In this document: positions 28,141 to 41,399 of the stretch, in pieces
Numbering within the stretch: the stretch's first letter is position 1
How the letters are laid out: each line of letters opens with the position of its first letter
From: Camelus ferus
Lineage: Eukaryota
Length of the DNA: 64,000 bases
Direction of reading: 5' to 3'
Assembly (NCBI RefSeq): GCF_009834535.1
Contig: NC_045707.1
Coordinates: 55,492,001-55,556,000 of the forward strand
Notes under the pieces: model-generated
What the model saw: the letters and a program-made list of their open reading frames with translations, nothing else
Database searches by the model: none
What the model was told of the DNA's origin: nothing
Position numbers and translations under genes: made by a program

Positions 28141-28297
28141 AAATCAAGTATCTTGTAGTAACCTATAATGAAAAAGAATATGAAAACGAACACGTGCGTG
28201 TGTATGGATGGCTGAAAGATTATGCTGTACACCAGAAATTGACACAACATCGAAAACTGGCAGTACTTCAATTAACAAAGAAGTAAATAAAATTAAA
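28141..28297 (+). mobile_element. Short L1 3' tail (same family as the 59.5 kb copy)
   Basis: tatcttgtagtaac..ttatgctgtacaccagaaattgacaca aligns to the reverse complement of ~59545-59670. Confidence 0.88.
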
Positions 28298-28381
28298 GCG
28301 CTGAAGGAATGTAGCATTATTTCATAAATACAGTTTTAAGAAGTAGGTGAAGAGCAATATTATATAGTTCTTATTTGACAC

Positions 28382-28859
28382 TGTTAGTTCTGGCTGGAAG
28401 GTCAGGAAACCCCACAAGGCAGAAAAGGGAGGTCCTCCCCAACCTAGGGGGACCATTCTTGTTAGGGAATCCCCACCTCTTCCAAGAGCAAGTACTGTCT
28501 ACATCACACTGATAAGAGGGAAGCATTGCCTGTGCTGAGGGGCTACTGAAGAAATCCTACACAGTGCAGACAGTGAGGGGAAGGCAGTCTCTAGGGACAC
28601 CTGCATGACACTTGCCAATCTTCAGCAGGATAAATTCCCACCACCGTTATCCTCATTGGACAATCTGGTCTTTAATGTCCTAAGTCACTCACCTGCTCTC
28701 CTAATAGGACAAGGTCCTGGATAACCAGAGAGACACCTGAAGGTAGAAGGAAGGACAAAACTCCATACGCCCCTGAACTTGAATGCGGACAAGCCGAGCG
28801 AGTTCCAGGGTCCCCACACCCTCCAAACAGGGGTGGTGTTGAAGTCTATCCCAATTACA
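28382..28859. mobile_element. Probable ancient solo LTR
   Basis: ~480 bp GC-richer block bounded by tgttag..ttaca; family not assigned. Confidence 0.3.
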
Positions 28860-29969
28860 CTTTAAAAACACAGTTGATGTAAAAAGATCTTAGAGGGACA
28901 ATGCAATCAAGAGCAAAGAGACATGTAAGTCACACATGAAGAAGTGGGAATACTTCTTCAGAGATGGGACGGAATTAAGCAGAATTAAGATACAGAGAAG
29001 CATAGAAGAAAAGTGAGAGAACTGACTAGATTGTAACCATATTCACATAAATATAGGAGACTAGATAATTCATAAGAAGATGCTTCTGGGAGAATGCTGG
29101 GTCTGTTTTGGGGTTTGAGAAGTTTGGGGAGTCTTTGAAACAGATTTGTGGGTTATGTGACATTCTGTAAATAGGACATATTACAAAGGTCCAGCTGATA
29201 CTAGGCAACATAAATTTGTAGTTTAAAATAACAATAAACTACCAAATCATAGCAACATTCACTATGGTTCAATTTATTTTGGTTTAATTTCTTTCCCTAG
29301 TAACAGATGTTCATGTTATTTGCTAGTTGCCAAATCACATAAGTCTGTTTTGATAATAATTGTGGAGCTTATTTAAAAATATGATTTGTTTTATTAGACA
29401 TAAACTGAATATTTAAATGTCATGAAGTAAAATTAAAAAAAAATAAGGCTACCAAATTCCAGTGAAATTATTCACACTTCTCCCATCTGTTATGCAAAAA
29501 AAGTCCAGGCTTAAAAAATTTTAGCATGTATAAACACTTGATTTCCAGCATTTGCCTATATACTGTGATTTACTAAATTGTTACTTTAAATGAACAGAAA
29601 GAATAAAATGAAAATAGAACCAGCAGGAATAGACAAGTTTTATTAGCCCAGAGAGGCATTATACAGAAATGTCAAACTGACCACCCACGGAAAATGGCTG
29701 GAACCCTCACTTATTTCTAATGTCACCAACTGCTCAAAATAAACACTATGGATTGATCTACTAGCGGCCTTAAACGATGTTCTTTTAAAGTTATCCATAT
29801 TTTATTCACTCTTTTTCCCTCTAAACTTCAAGTGACATTGCATTTCATCTTGGTTTTTCCCCAGCAAGTCATAAAACTCTTTTCCCTCGCAGAACTTCTG
29901 CTGAACCAGGCTACTTCAGCACACCCTTCCAATCCTCCCAGACTCACTCCAGCTCAACGTGAAAATGGG

Positions 29970-30090
29970 ACGAGTTCTTAAGTCAGAAAACTCGAGTTTA
30001 GAATCTGCCCTTTGCTAGTTATGTGGGTCTTTAACAAGTCTCATTCTCTCTGGGCTACAGTTTCTTCCTCTGGAAAACTGAAGGATTCTA
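29970..30090 (+). mobile_element. MIR fragment
   Basis: ctagttatgtgggtctttaacaagtc..ctctctgggctacagtttcttcctctggaaaa. Confidence 0.7.
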
Positions 30091-31499
30091 AGAGACCCGT
30101 CCTTCAACCTTTACCATACTGTGATTCAAATGCAGAGCCCATTAATACTGAGAAGTTCAAAGAAGCAGCAATAGTAAATTCTACGACCAAATTCAGATCA
30201 AAAAGGATGCCAAAGCTGTCATAGCAGGGAAACCTGGGTTCCTACATCAATACTTTCCCACCAAATTTCCCAGATTTCCTATTTGGGGTTCAAATTTTCA
30301 TGTGAGTGAGACTATCATTGATAATGTCAGAAAGAAAAGATTTAACTTATTTATCTATCTGTATGTGTACATTAAATGTATATATATATTCTAGAAACCA
30401 TCTTTCATTGACATCAAAAGGCATTCCAAAGTACTCGTTGGCAATGTTAAGATTTGCTTACTTGATAAATTATACCCACCATATGATTGCTAGGAAAAGC
30501 ATCGTATAAAAACGCCAGATATGTTATTTATATAAAAAATATGCTTTAAAGCACAAGAACAAACTAGTGCCAAGAATTTGTTAAGATTCCCAAATATTTA
30601 AAATTATTTTGATGCAAGTGCCTGCTTTTTAGGAAATGACAATAACAGTGCAATGCTTTTTTTCAATAGCTGAAGTAAAACTAAGCTATTTTGTTTAGTA
30701 TCAAGAGGAAATGTTTACAGTCTTTTTCCAAAATAACTAAGTTCAATGAATTTGCCATTGCAAAAAGTACTATTTATATGCTCATTTACATGTCTACATG
30801 TAGGTAAAATGAGGCAACACCATAATATTTTCATCAGACTCTTATAACTTCTTAATAGTTCATAAATGATTTAGTATTTCCATGTCCTGAGAATGTATTT
30901 TAGAGCAAAAATTCATAGTTACAGAAAATTTGTTTTAATGTACTGGTTTTGGAGCTTATAAGTGTGTAAAGGCTTTATGCAAGGCCAAAAGGCTAATTTA
31001 TAAAGATCACTAGGATAAAATTAAGCAGGAGAAATCAAATTAATTTTAAGAATCATGTTGCACTAAGATACTGGCTAAACCACTGTTTCAAATTATAGAA
31101 ACTTGTTAAATCATCTCTTACCGTATTGACTTCACGGGAGTCAATGTTTTGTGAGATTCTATATATAAAGACAACTTTGCACATTAAAATCACATTAATA
31201 CAGAATATCTCAATGAAGAGCCATTTACACAAGAATATAGATTTGACCTTTCTCATTATTTTTAGAGTATATACATACCATCTCAAAAACAAGGTTCAAT
31301 TTTTCCATTATTCAGCAGGTCACATGGTATGTGAATTGCACACCTGTCTTTTTAAATTATTAATATGAGAAAGAATGCTACCCCTCAGTGCAGGCAGTGG
31401 GAGGTCCAACTGCTTACGACTTAGTGACCTGTAACAGCTAAGTTAAAATCATCTTCTTCAAAGCTCTTCTGTCTTAGATAGCTTCAGACCTCTAAACAC

Positions 31500-33730
31500 C
31501 AATTCCCATCCTTCCAGCTCACTTACTCTAATCATCAGTCCCACTCCAGTAACTCTGCAACTCACTGAGACCACAAAACCATTCTATCACTTTTCATTGG
31601 CAACCAGCCCCTCATTTTCTCATTTTTCAAATGTCCAGTTTAGAATTCCCAGTCCGCAACTCTCCTCTATTCTTTGAGTAAAGCTTGAGTTCCTGTACTT
31701 ACTCCCTCATGTGCACCTACATGAAGAAAAGCAAAAACCCTCCACCGAATTAAGCCCCACTATCTCACCAGACCACGCCTGTCCCCAGGCTGCTCGCCAT
31801 GACTGTAGGAGCACCCACAGCCACGTGAGCAAGTCCTACTTTACATCTGGGGCCACTGACCTGTATTGGAACTTCAGCAAGCACTGCTCCGTGATTCTAA
31901 TCCGTACCCCCAGTGAGCTCACTCTCCCAGTCACAAAGATTATTTCACACCACCTTGGATCTCCTCATATTTTCAGCACCCACTTCTCCTTCCCATTCCC
32001 TGTTGATAACCACATTATTAGGTCACTGAACCCACTGAAGCAACCAAAATAGAACTTCTCCTCTTCCCATCTCATCTGCCATCATGCTTAGGTCCGTATC
32101 CTCAAGTTTCTCTCTGTGACAATGGATGAAAAGTCTCTACATCTACCTAAAGTCACCCCATTCAGTTACATGCATTTCATCCTTGTCTCCAGCTCAGGGA
32201 CTTTGTTCCTTCAGTTATCACTTCTCTTTCAAATATAAATTACATTTCTTTTTCTGAGTATTGGACTGTTTCTATTTACATACAATCATTCTATAATAGC
32301 TTCCACTAAAGAAAAAAAGAAAACTATACCGTGTGTGCCCATTTAGTTGCTGCCCAAATTCTGTTGGCATTTTGGCAAAATTCCTCAAAGGGTTTATGTT
32401 TGCTGCCTCCATTTGATCTCTTAGGGCTCTGATCACAACCATTCCAGTGAAATTGTTTTACTCAAGGCTCATGACAGCCTCCATGTTGATAAGCTCTATG
32501 GTTGTATGGTCTACATTGAGTTTTAATTTTACTCATCTTCTCAGCATTATTTGACTAGACATCTCCTCATTTTTGAAACATTTTCTTCTCCTTAATTCCA
32601 ATACACTACATACCCCTACTTTTTATTTTACTATTTCTTTTCAAACTCATTCTCTGCATTTTCTTCCTCTTCCTGACTTAAGGAAGCTTGACCTGGAGCT
32701 CAACCTTTGTCTCTCCTGTTTTCTCTATCCACCCCTGCTTCCTTGGTAAAGCCATCCAATCTTAAGGCTTTGGAAACCATCTATATATTTTGATAACTTC
32801 TAAGTTTATAACCTCATCTTAAAATGTCCCCCACTGTTTCCTGACTGTTTATCTAACTGCCCAATCTCTTTCCTTACTTGGATCTTTAATAGACATCTCA
32901 CATTTAATGTTTCTAAAATAGAAACTTAATTATTTCTGTCCCTTCAAACCTGGCACCACCAGCTACTCTGGCCAAAACTTTGGAGTATTCTATTTTTTTT
33001 TTTTCTAACATTCAAAATCCAAATCCTAAATCCTAAGCAATTACATTGTGCTCAACCTTTAGAATATATCTGAACCTTACTACTTTTCTTCACCTCTATT
33101 TCTAACCCCTTATTCTAAGGTATTAACCTCCACAGTAGCTGGAGTGATTTTAATTTTTCAAAAATTTGATTATGAACATATCATATAAAAACTCTGAATC
33201 GTTTCCCCTCTGGTTCACCACAGGAACCTATCATCAAGGTCTCGTAGATTCTCCAAGATCTGTCTTACCTGTCCCTTCAACACCATCTCCTACTGCTCCT
33301 CCCCTGTTTTGTGAACTCAACATATTCATATTTATTATTTCCTCTTCCTTAAATTCTTTTCTCTGTGTATTGGGAGAATGTGTTCATTCACTTTATTCAG
33401 ATCTTCTGTCAAATTTAGCTCCCCAGAGAATTCTTTCATGAACACCCTTTTCATCCTCTACTTTTAATCTGCTTTAGTTTTCTTCATAACACCTATCTCC
33501 AAGAAACAGTATAATAGTGTGTATGTGTATATATATATACACACATACATACATATATATACACATACCCACACACACACACACACATATATATATGTGT
33601 ATCTGCTTATTTACTGACTGTCCCCACCAATAGACTATAAACTCATAAGGACATACTCTGTCCTGCAAATCCCTCTATCCCTAACACAGCAGTTGGCACA
33701 CAGTGAGAACATAATTGTGTGTTGAATGAA
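31500..33730 (+). mobile_element. Long L2 remnant (~2.2 kb)
   Basis: Pyrimidine-rich L2 body motifs in order, ending gttggcacacagtgag..gttgaatgaa. Confidence 0.85.
33517..33600. repeat. Compound (TA)n/(CA)n microsatellite
   Basis: tatatatatatacacacatacatacatatatatacacatacccacacacacacacacacatatatatatgtgt. Confidence 0.9.
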
Positions 33731-34039
33731 CACAAGGTGATAAAACAAATGAATTTAGGTAAGTCAAAGACAAATGTCAATAATTCAAGCTTCTCATTCT
33801 GTTGCAGATTCTATCACCTATTCTCATGTGTCATAAATAGTGCATTCTTGGTGGCTTGAGTTAAGTTGAAAATTCTTAAGTATTTTTATTATTAACTATG
33901 AATTTCAAATACAGGAGTTGTAGAGAATTTCTTTAGTCTCACTACTTTGGCATGATGTTCAAAGATGAATCCCATTCAAGTATATAATCACATTCATCCT
34001 AGGGTCTCACCTGCCTTTGTTCTAGAATAGTATTTCACT

Positions 34040-34250
34040 GTGGCTTTAAGTTAAACTGCTTGGCTTCCTATCCAGACTTCCCGCATTATTAGTTGTGTGA
34101 CCTCAAACAGACGATTTAACCTCTCTGTGTCTCTGTTTCTTCATCTGTATAACAGAGGCAATTCCCATAATACAAGTAAGAGACATAATGCGTGTAAGGA
34201 ACCTACCTATAGTGCCTGGTTTCCAACTTGCACTCAAAAAGTGTCAGGTG
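34040..34250 (+). mobile_element. MIR SINE
   Basis: tagttgtgtgacctcaaacag..ttaacctctctgtgtctctgtttcttcatctgtataa. Confidence 0.85.
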
Positions 34251-37200
34251 TCACTACACGTAAATTTCAGGAAGTCCTGACTGCTTTGGCCCTGACTTAA
34301 CAAAAGGTAAAATATCTGGGGATGCTGACTTCCTTCTTGTTATTAATTATTTTGTGAACGTATCTGGTAGGCAAAGATTGAAAAAAATCAGGAGTTCTAG
34401 GATTAGAACTTGCCAGTGTTACCTGGTTATGATATTAGGTCCTGAATATCTGATCCTCAGAGTCTGAGTTCTGCTTACCTTTCTAGACTTTGGAGATCTT
34501 CAGTTTGTCTCCCAGGACTTGCCTACTTTCCTCTGGCTCCTAACTACTTACCTGACAGACATCACTGCCTACCATTTGCCAGATCTTTGTACTTCTTAAA
34601 TCTAGCACCTTTATCTCTCTGCCACAAACTGTGTAAATTATATTTCTGGCTATGTTTCCTATTACAAGTTTGTGTATTTATTCCGATAGGTTAATATGAC
34701 ATACTTCTTAGCATAAATTTATATTATGCTCTTTGGAAAATTTAGTCAGAGATAGAATATTATCTAAATTCAAATGAATGTCAGCATCTATATTAATTTG
34801 TTCCTTCATCTACTTTACCCTTAGTTTTCAGAGGATTTTTTTCCTCCTTTACATGGCTCTGAAACTAAGGCTTTTTATTGAATACAGTGAATAATGTGTA
34901 TGATTAAATCAAGAGGATTTTGCTATTAAAATGGATTTCATTTGTTTTTTCAAAAAATATTTTATGAGGGCAGTTATTCTCAAGCAACTAACTAGTTCCT
35001 CCTAAAATCTAGTATAAACTGTTATGTTGTACTATACTGCTTGATTTAAACTGTAAGCTAGAAGTAAAACAAATAAAATCGTTACAGGTTATTTACTAAA
35101 TTAAAAATGCAATCTCCCAAAATATATTTCTATTGCCACTCTTAAAGTTCAACAACCCTATCTTATTGGATAGGTTTGAAACATTCAATCAGAACAGGGT
35201 AAGAAAGGAGCAATAAATGGGCTGACTTCTTTTTTTTTTCCTGTTTAAGTGAGCATATTACTTAAAAAAACATTTTTTTAAAGACTTTAGCTTCAGTGTA
35301 TACACTGCCTACTCATGCTTGTCTCTAAATTTTAAATTGTTTACGTATTTATAAACTTGAAAGTGAAAAAAAGTAGCATAAGCTTTAAGAGCAAAAAGCA
35401 AGGATAAAAATCACCATATAGTTACGCTAAGATTGAATACCTTCACAGTGCTAAATTACAGTGTGAAAATGCAGGCACTCTGCACTTCAGCTGGGTTAAC
35501 CAACAAGGTACGAGTAGACACCAGAAGTGAAGCTGAATGAATAGCAAAGACTCAAACAAATAATTAAGAAGAGTGAGGTGTTGTAAGTCTCCCAAAATGA
35601 AGCTGAAGCACTGAAGGTCATGCTAACTACATGCTAAATACATATAAGTCAACGGTGTGATTCCGCTATTAAAGCTTATGAGTTACTGAAGTGCTTCTGT
35701 AATAAAACAGCAGCGCAGATGGAACGTGAAGCCTTCTAAATTACCCAAGCAAAGAAGCACAAAGGTTAGGAAGGACTCAGGGGGAAGATCTAGAATAAGA
35801 GCTTGAAACACTAGGAAGGCGTCACAGTGCATCAGAGAAGAGCTGCCCGCAGCGTAGACTGCAGGTGAACAAGATGGAGGGTTCGGGGGGGCACAAGGTA
35901 CTTAGTCGCACAGTGAAATATTTTGACAATAAGGATAGTTAAACGTGAGACCAACTTTTAAGGTGTGGAGTCTTTTACCAAGAGAGATTTTGGCCCAGAC
36001 CAGGTCCTCATAGATGACAAAACTGGAACATAGGTCTTTCAAAAATGCTAAAATGTTGACCAGATTGCTGTGACTATCTCCCAAACATGATTATTAAAAG
36101 ACAAACCAGACACTTTACTTGGCATTTAATAAAAACTGTTTTGCCTGGTAGCTTTTTTACATTATACTTGGCTGTTCTTAATGAGTTTAGAATATGTTTG
36201 TAATTAAAAAAAAACAAAAAAACAAAACTTGGAATTTAGAATCAGAAAGCCTGATTCTGAATTCCAGCTGAACCAGTGTTTTGTTTCACTCACCATGGCC
36301 ACAGTAAAAAGGTTGTTTGTTAGTGAGAAGAACCCAGACATGCCCACCTATGTTAAGGAGAGAGAGACATGTACACCAGGAAGCCACAGCCATTCCCAAT
36401 AATTAAAAAGTAAATGTACATAAATGTAAACATTTTTTAAAAAGGCTCCCAGCCTCTGTGACATGCAAATTGACAGGAAGGACACAAAGTCTTCTATATA
36501 AACCACAAATAATGTCTCATCATTTTATTAATGTGCTTTCAGTAAACACATAAGAATACTAAAAAATTTAAACACGATTATTAATAATGGATCAAATTCA
36601 AAAGCAGATCTCCCAGCTCAGAAAATCATAGTTGTGAGATTCAGAAGAGAAAAAGCAGAATTCAGAAGAGTAATCTCCATCATACCAGAAGAGGGACCAG
36701 TCCCTTAGTTCCAAGGGTAATAATTGTAAGTACTTTCCAGGGGAGAGGAAACTAACACTTGATAACAGAAAACGAGGCTAGAGATGCATAGTTGTTTATC
36801 ATTATGCTTGAGTAGAAAACATGCTTATTTCTCATTCCCTAATGGGTTCAGTCATCGCCAACAAATCTTTTTGTAATCTTCAATAAATCCTAAATCTAAA
36901 ATGTTAAAAAAACAAACACTCTCCAGGTTTTGCTATCCGAATCTCCATGAGTTAGATTATCTGTTCCCAAATACATCAATTTGAAGTAAAAATAATAACA
37001 ACAACAACAATAATAATTAAAGGTAAATATTCTTTAAGACCATCTGAAGGAGACAATTTTGTTTGGATGATCCACAAATGACAAAATTAAGATCAGTAGT
37101 TCCTATATTTGGTAAGTGTCTGAAGAGTTTAGAAAGCTTAATGTAAAAAATACCTGCTTTCAGTATTTAGTACCAGAAATTAAAAAAACCCAAAATGGGA

Positions 37201-37284
37201 ACAGCACAGTATTTTTTTTCATTTCCATATAGTATTAACTGTAAACCATACACATGACATGACGTTTACACACACATTCTCGGG

Positions 37285-37490
37285 AATCAGCCAGACCAGA
37301 GGTCAGCTTCCAGCACTTCCATTTACTGATCATTTTACCTCTAGTAAGTTAATCTCTACAAGCTGCAGATTCTTCAGGAGAACAATATGGATACTAACAC
37401 ATCATGAGACTGTAGATATTACACATCAATATAATCCGTGTAAATGGCATAGCACGGGACCCAGCACGCAGTGGCAACTGCTGCCAATGT
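37285..37490 (+). mobile_element. MIR SINE
   Basis: agccagacc..ccagcacttccatttact..aagttaatctct..gtaaatggcatagcac. Confidence 0.6.
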
Positions 37491-37572
37491 TGTTGAAGTG
37501 CTTTTACAAGTATTACCTGAAACTACTCTAACCTCCAGAGGAGGCCGTGCTCGGCGAGACACAGTGCAGTGT

Positions 37573-38005
37573 TCCCCACAGCGTGGGGCCAGTACCCAGT
37601 GGCCGCACACCAGTTGATTTCAGGTGGCCCACAGGCCTGGTCTTAACACTGAGTCACATAGTAAGAAAATCGTCCTTTTTCAAAGCCTCTGATTACATTA
37701 TAAAAGGTCTTAGTTGATGTCAGTATGTCTTCAGCCTCTTTCGATGACTTACTAATCTCCCTTTATAACAAAGAGCAAACTTTAGGCTCAGATCGTTTGC
37801 CAGGTTCTCTCGCTAGAATTTAATAACATTGATTTAGTTTGGGTTTTGTTCCGTGCATGTGCTCTCCAGACACCTCCCACTTACGGCCAGTGTTACTGAT
37901 TATCCATCTGCAATAACTATATATAATTTTACTTTATACAAATTTATTTAGGTTAAAAAGGAGTCAATTAAAATACATTTAGGATATCATAGAATTCTTG
38001 GAACA
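37573..38005 (+). mobile_element. MER113-like hAT-Charlie relic
   Basis: cagtgttccccacagcgtgg..gattttcaggtggcccacag; aatctccctttataacaaagag. Confidence 0.6.
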
Positions 38006-38164
38006 CAGACAAAAACCATGGTAATTTGCAGTGTCATTTGACTGAAGTTTGAGGGGATTAAAAAAAAAAAAACCTGATACAGTTGGGGAGGGGGAAGTGG
38101 TGAGGCAAAAACAACTATGTGAAATCTAAAATCTAGATTTTAGATGCAAATCCAAAACTTCTTG

Positions 38165-38460
38165 AGAGCGCTATTCAGGTAGGCTCAGTGGCTTAGGCAA
38201 GAAGATATCTCATCTATTTGAGCATCAGTTTTTTTACTTGTCAAATATGGATAATTCTATCTGAGCTGTTTTTCTCAGAGGGACATTATGAGAATCAAAT
38301 GAGGCTTAGTCAATGTACTTCTTAGAAGCAAAATATCATACAATAGTACCATCATTACTATTGCCCCATTTTCAGGAAAAGAGACACAGACACTTTAAGT
38401 GATTTGCCTAACTTGGTATTTCTAATAGTGGCAGACACATGGACATGATGTCCTGAATGT
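38165..38460. mobile_element. Two MIR fragments in opposite orientations
   Basis: tgagcatcagtttttttacttgtcaaatatggataat (+) and cccattttcagg..taagtgatttgcctaa (-). Confidence 0.6.
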
Positions 38461-39687
38461 CTGATGACAGTTGCATTTTGTTCATACCACACCTGCTCTA
38501 GTATTAAGTAGTTCCCAAAGTTCGTAAGTTTCTGTTTACAGAAAGCATAGAGAAGTAAGCAGGGCATGTGAGGTCGTACAACGCCAAGTGAAATGATATT
38601 TAACTGAGTGATATTCCTGCTCATAGCACACCTAGGAAGAGAAGTTACAAGCCTGTGAGCAGCAGCCGCTTATATATACTTAACAAAGAGGGATTGCCAT
38701 TCAAGCCTGCGCTGATCATCAATTAGACGCCCTTAGGGGTCCCATCACTGTGATGTCAACTCCTAGGCAGGGGTCATTTTCTAAAATCAAAGCCTGAAGT
38801 GAAAGCCAAATGGAGGTAAAAATTACCCTGGAAAAAATTATCACCCACCACTTAACATACGTATTTTCTGTGTGTGCTCTTACAGAGTAATTCTTCTACA
38901 CTAAAATTTGAGAAAGTCTAAGATAGCATTAAAAAAAGAAGTAGTATAGCAGCTAGAAATTCAAATATGTTTGATTTTTATATATTGGCCAGATTCCTAG
39001 TAGCAAATGAATGAGGTGTAAATTGATAACCATGAAATATCCCTGCTTGTTTCACTTTATTTTCAATGTTAAGCTTCTAAAATGTAATATATTCAATTAG
39101 TTTGTTATCATTTCATGAATTAGTGTGCTTACATATTGGAGGGTGGAGTGTGAAATGAAATGAATTCACGACAGAGGCTTTGCAATGATGCAGTCACATC
39201 ACTGAGTTACAAAGACACTTTGGGCGGAATATGGTGATTCCTCCGTCTACAGTTCGCCTGTTACCTAGACTTCTCACCAGATGACTGAAACTTCTCTAGG
39301 AAATGCAAATTCTAAGCCTGAAACCACAGTTGTCATTATAGATAAAACAGAATTTTCCTCAAACACCCTCCCAATACATCAATCAGAGAACTTCAGAATC
39401 CAGACCCACTGGGAAGCTATGTATAGAATCTGCCCTGGGTTACATTAAAAAAATCTAAATCAAAGATCTAAAAGTCTTCTGAATTCTGAAACCCATCTGA
39501 GCCCAAAGATTTCAGGTAAGGAATGATGGACCCTTGCTATTTATTCAACTATACAACTGCATTTTTAAAATAGTGTTAATATTAGATTGATGAAACTACT
39601 ATCTGTGTAGATCAAAATAGTCCAGCACCAGCACTGGTATATGTTTCAACCTGCTTGTTCCTCATTCCTCATACTTTGAGTTATTGG

Positions 39688-40860
39688 TGTAACAGGATAT
39701 AGAATATACGTGGTTCTCTATGTTTCAACGGAAGCTCCGACAATGAGTGTGGCTTACAGTCACCTTACCTCACACACAAAGGGAATTCAGAATAGAAATG
39801 CAAGGGAACCTACTCCATGATCCTTGGGACCCCTGATCCAGATCAGAGATATTTATTAAAGAGAAGGGAGCACTGCTGAGAAGTCTTCGGAAATCCCACT
39901 TCTAACTTGTGGCATAGTAAGAGAAGATGGGGCTTCAACCCCCTTCTACCTAGGAAAATTATTTTTGAAATATGTTTGCTAATTGTTGGATACAGAGAGG
40001 GCTGGTGCTTGATTCAATTCTAAGAAATCTAAACTAATGATAGGACCTGGCTCCCGCCTATGACAGGCGCATTCCGTCTTTGTCTTTGCTTAGATGCTGA
40101 AGCCAGGAGAGTGCTCGTGTAGAAGCATCGGCCTGCCCTTCAGAGCGTGGCAGACCACGAGATCCAAAAACAGCATTTCCTGCAGACCTGTGAACGCCGT
40201 AACAGGACAAGAGCAGGCAAGGAGCCATCTTGGGTCCTTCCCTATAAGGCTGTTTGGAGGGCCCAAAGGCCTCTGGAGAAAGAGGCCAGAGATATAGCAG
40301 CAGACGTGCAGGGGCTGAAGAAATCATCTAAGAGAACTTTGTCAATAGAGATGCTTCCTCCCCAGGAAAGAGGGGCCAGGGACAAACCTGGGAGGAACCC
40401 CAAAACATGTCCCATCTTACAGATCACAGTGCCGGACGAAGCCTATCTCCTGACCATACTAACTGAAAGCTGTGCTTGTCCTGGCCCCTGACCAAACCTT
40501 CCCTCCCCTTATCGAGGTCAAAACAGCAAATGTTAGAAGAAGGAGAAACCTATCTCACTGTCCATCACTCTTGCCTTTTTCCTGAGAATTTCTAGCCTGA
40601 AACAGAACCCTGGAACTGGGGTTGGGGGGCAACGGTAGAAGAAGAAAGGATGTAATATCTGCAAATTCAGTGTTTAATTATAGGCATTTAACATACTAAT
40701 ATTTGAGTAGAGATTATATGCACTTAAGGTCTAAGCAGAAAACTCAGATTTAATGGAGTTTTCATCCAGAAGAAGGGAAGATTAGTGCACTGGAAAAAGA
40801 CTATGGAAATAGTAGAAGGCAGAAACCATTCATTACATGATGTCTTGATTACATCACAAG
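39688..40860 (+). mobile_element. Ancient long LTR (MamGypLTR-like)
   Basis: Starts TGTAAC; ~1.2 kb GC-richer block; 3' half resembles 12430-13030. Confidence 0.45.
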
Positions 40861-41399
40861 GTGTGTTTCTTAAGCATACTAGTTTATATATACTAAACAA
40901 GGCATAAAATTAATTATAATAACCCTTTTGTGGACTAATAACATGAATATGTAGATACAATTTGATATTTTTCCTAAATAATATTTTCCTGTGCAGAAGA
41001 ACCAGAAGGACATACAATGTAATTTCTGTGAATTCAAGAGAAACTCCCAGAAATGCTGCATTAAAATTATTTTAAACATTGTGTTCATTAGGGATAGAAA
41101 TACATGCAATTAGAAATCTCAATCTCAATTTCATAAACTATCTTCAATATGACATTATCATAAAATATTGGTCATGAATCAAATGCTTTATATATGTCTT
41201 CTGGAAGATTTAGTAAGACTTTGTATCATAAAATAAACACAAGGTAATTCAGACTGGAAGCTCCACTTCCTGTTAAGCTATAAACTTCTATGAGAAACAT
41301 AACCATGTATTTCAAGCCCACAGCTTGAGGATTTCCATCTAATATTTATCTAAACTCAGAGCTACTGTTTATGTATATAATCTTCTCAAATAATGTCTC

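Noticed and set aside
37154..37238. Signal-peptide-like MEMKKNTVLFPFWVFLISG on the minus strand
   Set aside because: In-frame TGA before the donor; hydrophobicity comes from T-runs; too weak to call a first exon
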